A stretch of DNA of 64,000 nt, from NCBI GenBank assembly GCA_965215605.1, contig OZ244070.1, forward strand, positions 2,976,001 to 3,040,000, written 5' to 3'. The notes under the pieces were generated by a model, which was not told the origin of the DNA, did not search any database, and was given only the letters and a program-made list of their open reading frames with translations. This DNA is from an uncultured Candidatus Binatia bacterium. Lineage in GTDB: Bacteria > Desulfobacterota > Binatia > UBA9968 > JAJDTQ01. This document shows positions 62,701 through 64,000 of the stretch, piece after piece (the stretch's first letter is position 1; every line of letters starts with the position of its first letter). The position numbers and the translations under genes are program-made.

Positions 62701-62872
62701 TACCTACTGGGTGCCGGGAGTCAACCGTCACGGCTCCTTTGGCCGCTGGGCGTTCGCCGAGTTTACCGAGGTGTACGAAATTCAGGGAGACTTCGAGGCG
62801 AGAGTAGAGGAAGCGTTCAACGACGTGATCAAACAATGTCTTCCGGAGGCGGCAGTCGAAGTTGCGCAGTGA
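59795..62872 (+). CDS. Type III restriction enzyme Res subunit (BPTD_3080-like)
   Basis: PFFCQVEA, KLATGAGKT, NDEAHHCY, SATPF, MLTEGWD, EQVVGRALRR, YIPDF..VEIKG. Confidence 0.9.
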   Translation: MSNPFFEQPVLNSPYEYPNRHWELDDTGQPTQKIIDRRRPAQFITPIPTPKKRRGSSADQGAMRFGDGNDISTENQQYELTAIINSVRQQVERWRSIPNPHQWQVTPETARLLQHWRHHRFSGIRPFFCQVEAAETVIWLTEVAPRAGRTGRRFLDHLADANQEANPELQRLALKLATGAGKTTVMAMLIAWQTVNAVRHPQSRRFTRGFLVVTPGITIKDRLRVLQPNDPDSYYQSRELVPNDMLPDLQKARIVITNYHAFKLRDRMALSKGGRLLLQGRGEALATLETDGQMLQRVMPELMGIKNVLVLNDEAHHCYREKPEKDEEGALKGDDKKEADKNTEAARLWISGLEAVVRKLGVNRVLDLSATPFFLRGSGYAEGTLFPWTMNDFSLMDAIECGIVKLPRVPVADNLPGDEMPKFRNLWENIRSEMPKKGRGKGDTLDPLNLPILLMTALEALYGHYKKTYEAMASAGIEVPPCFIVVCNNTSTSKLVYDYISGFHRENPDGSTTLQNGCLELFRNFDEHGNRYPRPRTLLIDSEQLESGDTLDKDFRKMAAEEIERFRREITERTGDRQKAENISDQDLLREVMNTVGKPGRLGDSIRCVVSVSMLTEGWDANTVSHVLGVRAFGTQLLCEQVVGRALRRQSYDLNDDDLFDVEYADVLGIPFDFTARPVVVPTKPPRETVQVNAVRPERDALEIRFPRVAGYRVELPEERLTADFNEDSVLDLTPALVGPSITRNQGIIGEAVDLNLVHTGDMRPSTLLFHLTQRLLYTKWRDPGEEPKLHLFGQLKRLTKQWLDRCLVCNGNTYPAQLMYQELADMACERITAAITRAEMDSSRPVKAVLDPYNPVGSTAHVNFTTTKTSRWNTDANRCHINWVVLDSDWEAEFCRVAESHPRVRAYVKNHSLGFEVPYRYASEARTYIPDFIVLVDDGHGDDDLLRLVVEIKGYRGEDAKEKKATMDTYWVPGVNRHGSFGRWAFAEFTEVYEIQGDFEARVEEAFNDVIKQCLPEAAVEVAQ

Positions 62873-63066
62873 CTCGCCGCGACGGTTGACCGTGACACAA
62901 CCGTGGCGTCGATGGCGCACAGGAATCCTTTGGGCAATTGGCCGAGGCGCTGGCCGAGATAATCGAGTATAATCCACGGGATGCATCGGAACCCGAGGGC
63001 GACAACAGACGCAACGAGAAGATCGTCTTGCAGTGACGGACGAGAACATCGACCAACGAGGACGCC

Positions 63067-63270
63067 ATGAAGCTGAAAGTCGTGATCCATCAAGCTGACG
63101 AAGGCGGTTATTGGGCGGAAGTGCCTTCCATCCCCGGCTGTGCGACGCAGGGGGATTCATTCGAAGAGTTGTTGACGAATCTCTACGAAGCCGTCGAAGG
63201 TTGTCTGTCCGTCGACGTTCGTGATCTGCCCGTCTCGGGGAAGGCAAGGGTGATCGAGATTGCGATATGA
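63067..63270 (+). CDS. hicB: HicB family antitoxin (short form)
   Basis: [30 protein letters not shown]. Confidence 0.9.
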   Translation: MKLKVVIHQADEGGYWAEVPSIPGCATQGDSFEELLTNLYEAVEGCLSVDVRDLPVSGKARVIEIAI

Positions 63271-63473
63271 GGGCGGTCAGCGGCAGGCAGTTCTCCAGGC
63301 TTCTTGAATCCAAGGGATGGCGGTTGAAGCGCATAAACGGGAGCCATTTCATCTATGTGAAGTCAGGATCTGCCGTTCGCCTCTCAGTACCGGTCCACGG
63401 AGACACATCGCTGAAAGCCGGGCTCCAGAGACACCTGATGAAGTTGGCAGGCATCCACGAGTCGGATCTGTAA
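63267..63473 (+). CDS. hicA: HicA family toxin
   Basis: [28 protein letters not shown]. Confidence 0.9.
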   Translation: MRAVSGRQFSRLLESKGWRLKRINGSHFIYVKSGSAVRLSVPVHGDTSLKAGLQRHLMKLAGIHESDL

Positions 63474-63513
63474 CCAGACAACCCCGACGTTACAGGCGAG
63501 CAAGGTCGCAAAT

Positions 63514-64000
63514 ATGGCGAAGCGAAAATCGAGCAAGACGGTCGAGATCCTTCAGCACTCGAAGGCTTCACGAAAGAACATCCCCACCGCCGAATATCAA
63601 CCGCTCATGACCGACAAGGATCAGAGTTCGGTTCAGGTGGCCTACGAGCGCCGAAACCGTGATCTTGACCCACAACTCGTCTGGCGGGGCAAGGATGTGC
63701 AGGACTGGTCCGACCTCGTCGTCCAGGCGCCGCCGCTCTTCATTCAGGAAAAGGTCCACCCGAAGGCTCTGATCGAGGATATGCTGCGCAGGAGTAAGCA
63801 GGGGGAGGAGGCCAGCGACGAGCCCGGCTTCCAGGCCGACCTTTTCGCCGATTTCAACGGCCTTCCTTCCGAGGATGCCAGGACCGAGTTCTACCAGCAC
63901 GATGCCAACTGGTCGAACCGGATGATCCTGGGCGACAGCTTGCAGGTGATGGCGTCGCTGGCGGAGCGGGAGGGACTGCGCGGCAAGGTGCAGTGCATCT
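63514..64000 (+). CDS. Type III R-M DNA methyltransferase (Mod), runs off the window
   Basis: Read directly from sequence: MAKRKSSK..RKNIPTAE..DLDPQLVWRGKD..WSNRMILGDSLQVMASLAEREGLRGKVQCI. Confidence 0.85.
   Translation, partial: MAKRKSSKTVEILQHSKASRKNIPTAEYQPLMTDKDQSSVQVAYERRNRDLDPQLVWRGKDVQDWSDLVVQAPPLFIQEKVHPKALIEDMLRRSKQGEEASDEPGFQADLFADFNGLPSEDARTEFYQHDANWSNRMILGDSLQVMASLAEREGLRGKVQCI

Noticed and set aside
62873-63060. Stop-free stretch between res and hicB that might be a gene relic
   Set aside because: No start codon with RBS and no recognisable motif

Overview
A GC-rich bacterial chromosomal window, tightly packed with catabolic and housekeeping genes and interrupted by accessory patches. 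The gene content (several amidohydrolases, LLM and SDR enzymes, a TTT transporter, many TA modules) is reminiscent of Binatia/uncultured Deltaproteobacteria, but that is an impression only. Main blocks in order: (1) three tandem, near-identical stand-alone OadA/PycB-type carboxyltransferase genes (849-5318, minus strand), divergent from an apparently circularly permuted alpha/beta-hydrolase-methyltransferase fusion; (2) an accessory patch at 7.7-15 kb with an ABC/AAA-ATPase plus small PD-(D/E)xK-like gene pair, an orphan lipoprotein plus helical partner, two vapBC-type TA pairs and a decayed AbiEii; (3) GMC oxidoreductase pair, recQ, dppBC-like permeases with a class III aminotransferase, an ArsS-like radical SAM plus GT2, ilvE, ogt and thrH; (4) a putative hydroxycinnamate catabolic cluster (two hydratase/lyases, TctCAB, ADP-forming CoA ligase, atypical LigAB); (5) hydrolases, acetoacetyl-CoA synthetase, a UvrD-type helicase and a GGT homologue with a rewired binding pocket; (6) a class V aminotransferase-serA-purA operon headed by a ZMP/ZTP riboswitch with promoter and terminator; (7) a defence island at the right edge (AAA-wHTH ATPase, type III Res, hicBA, start of Mod). 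No tRNA, rRNA, CRISPR array or transposase was seen. All family calls come from motif recognition by eye, with no database searches.
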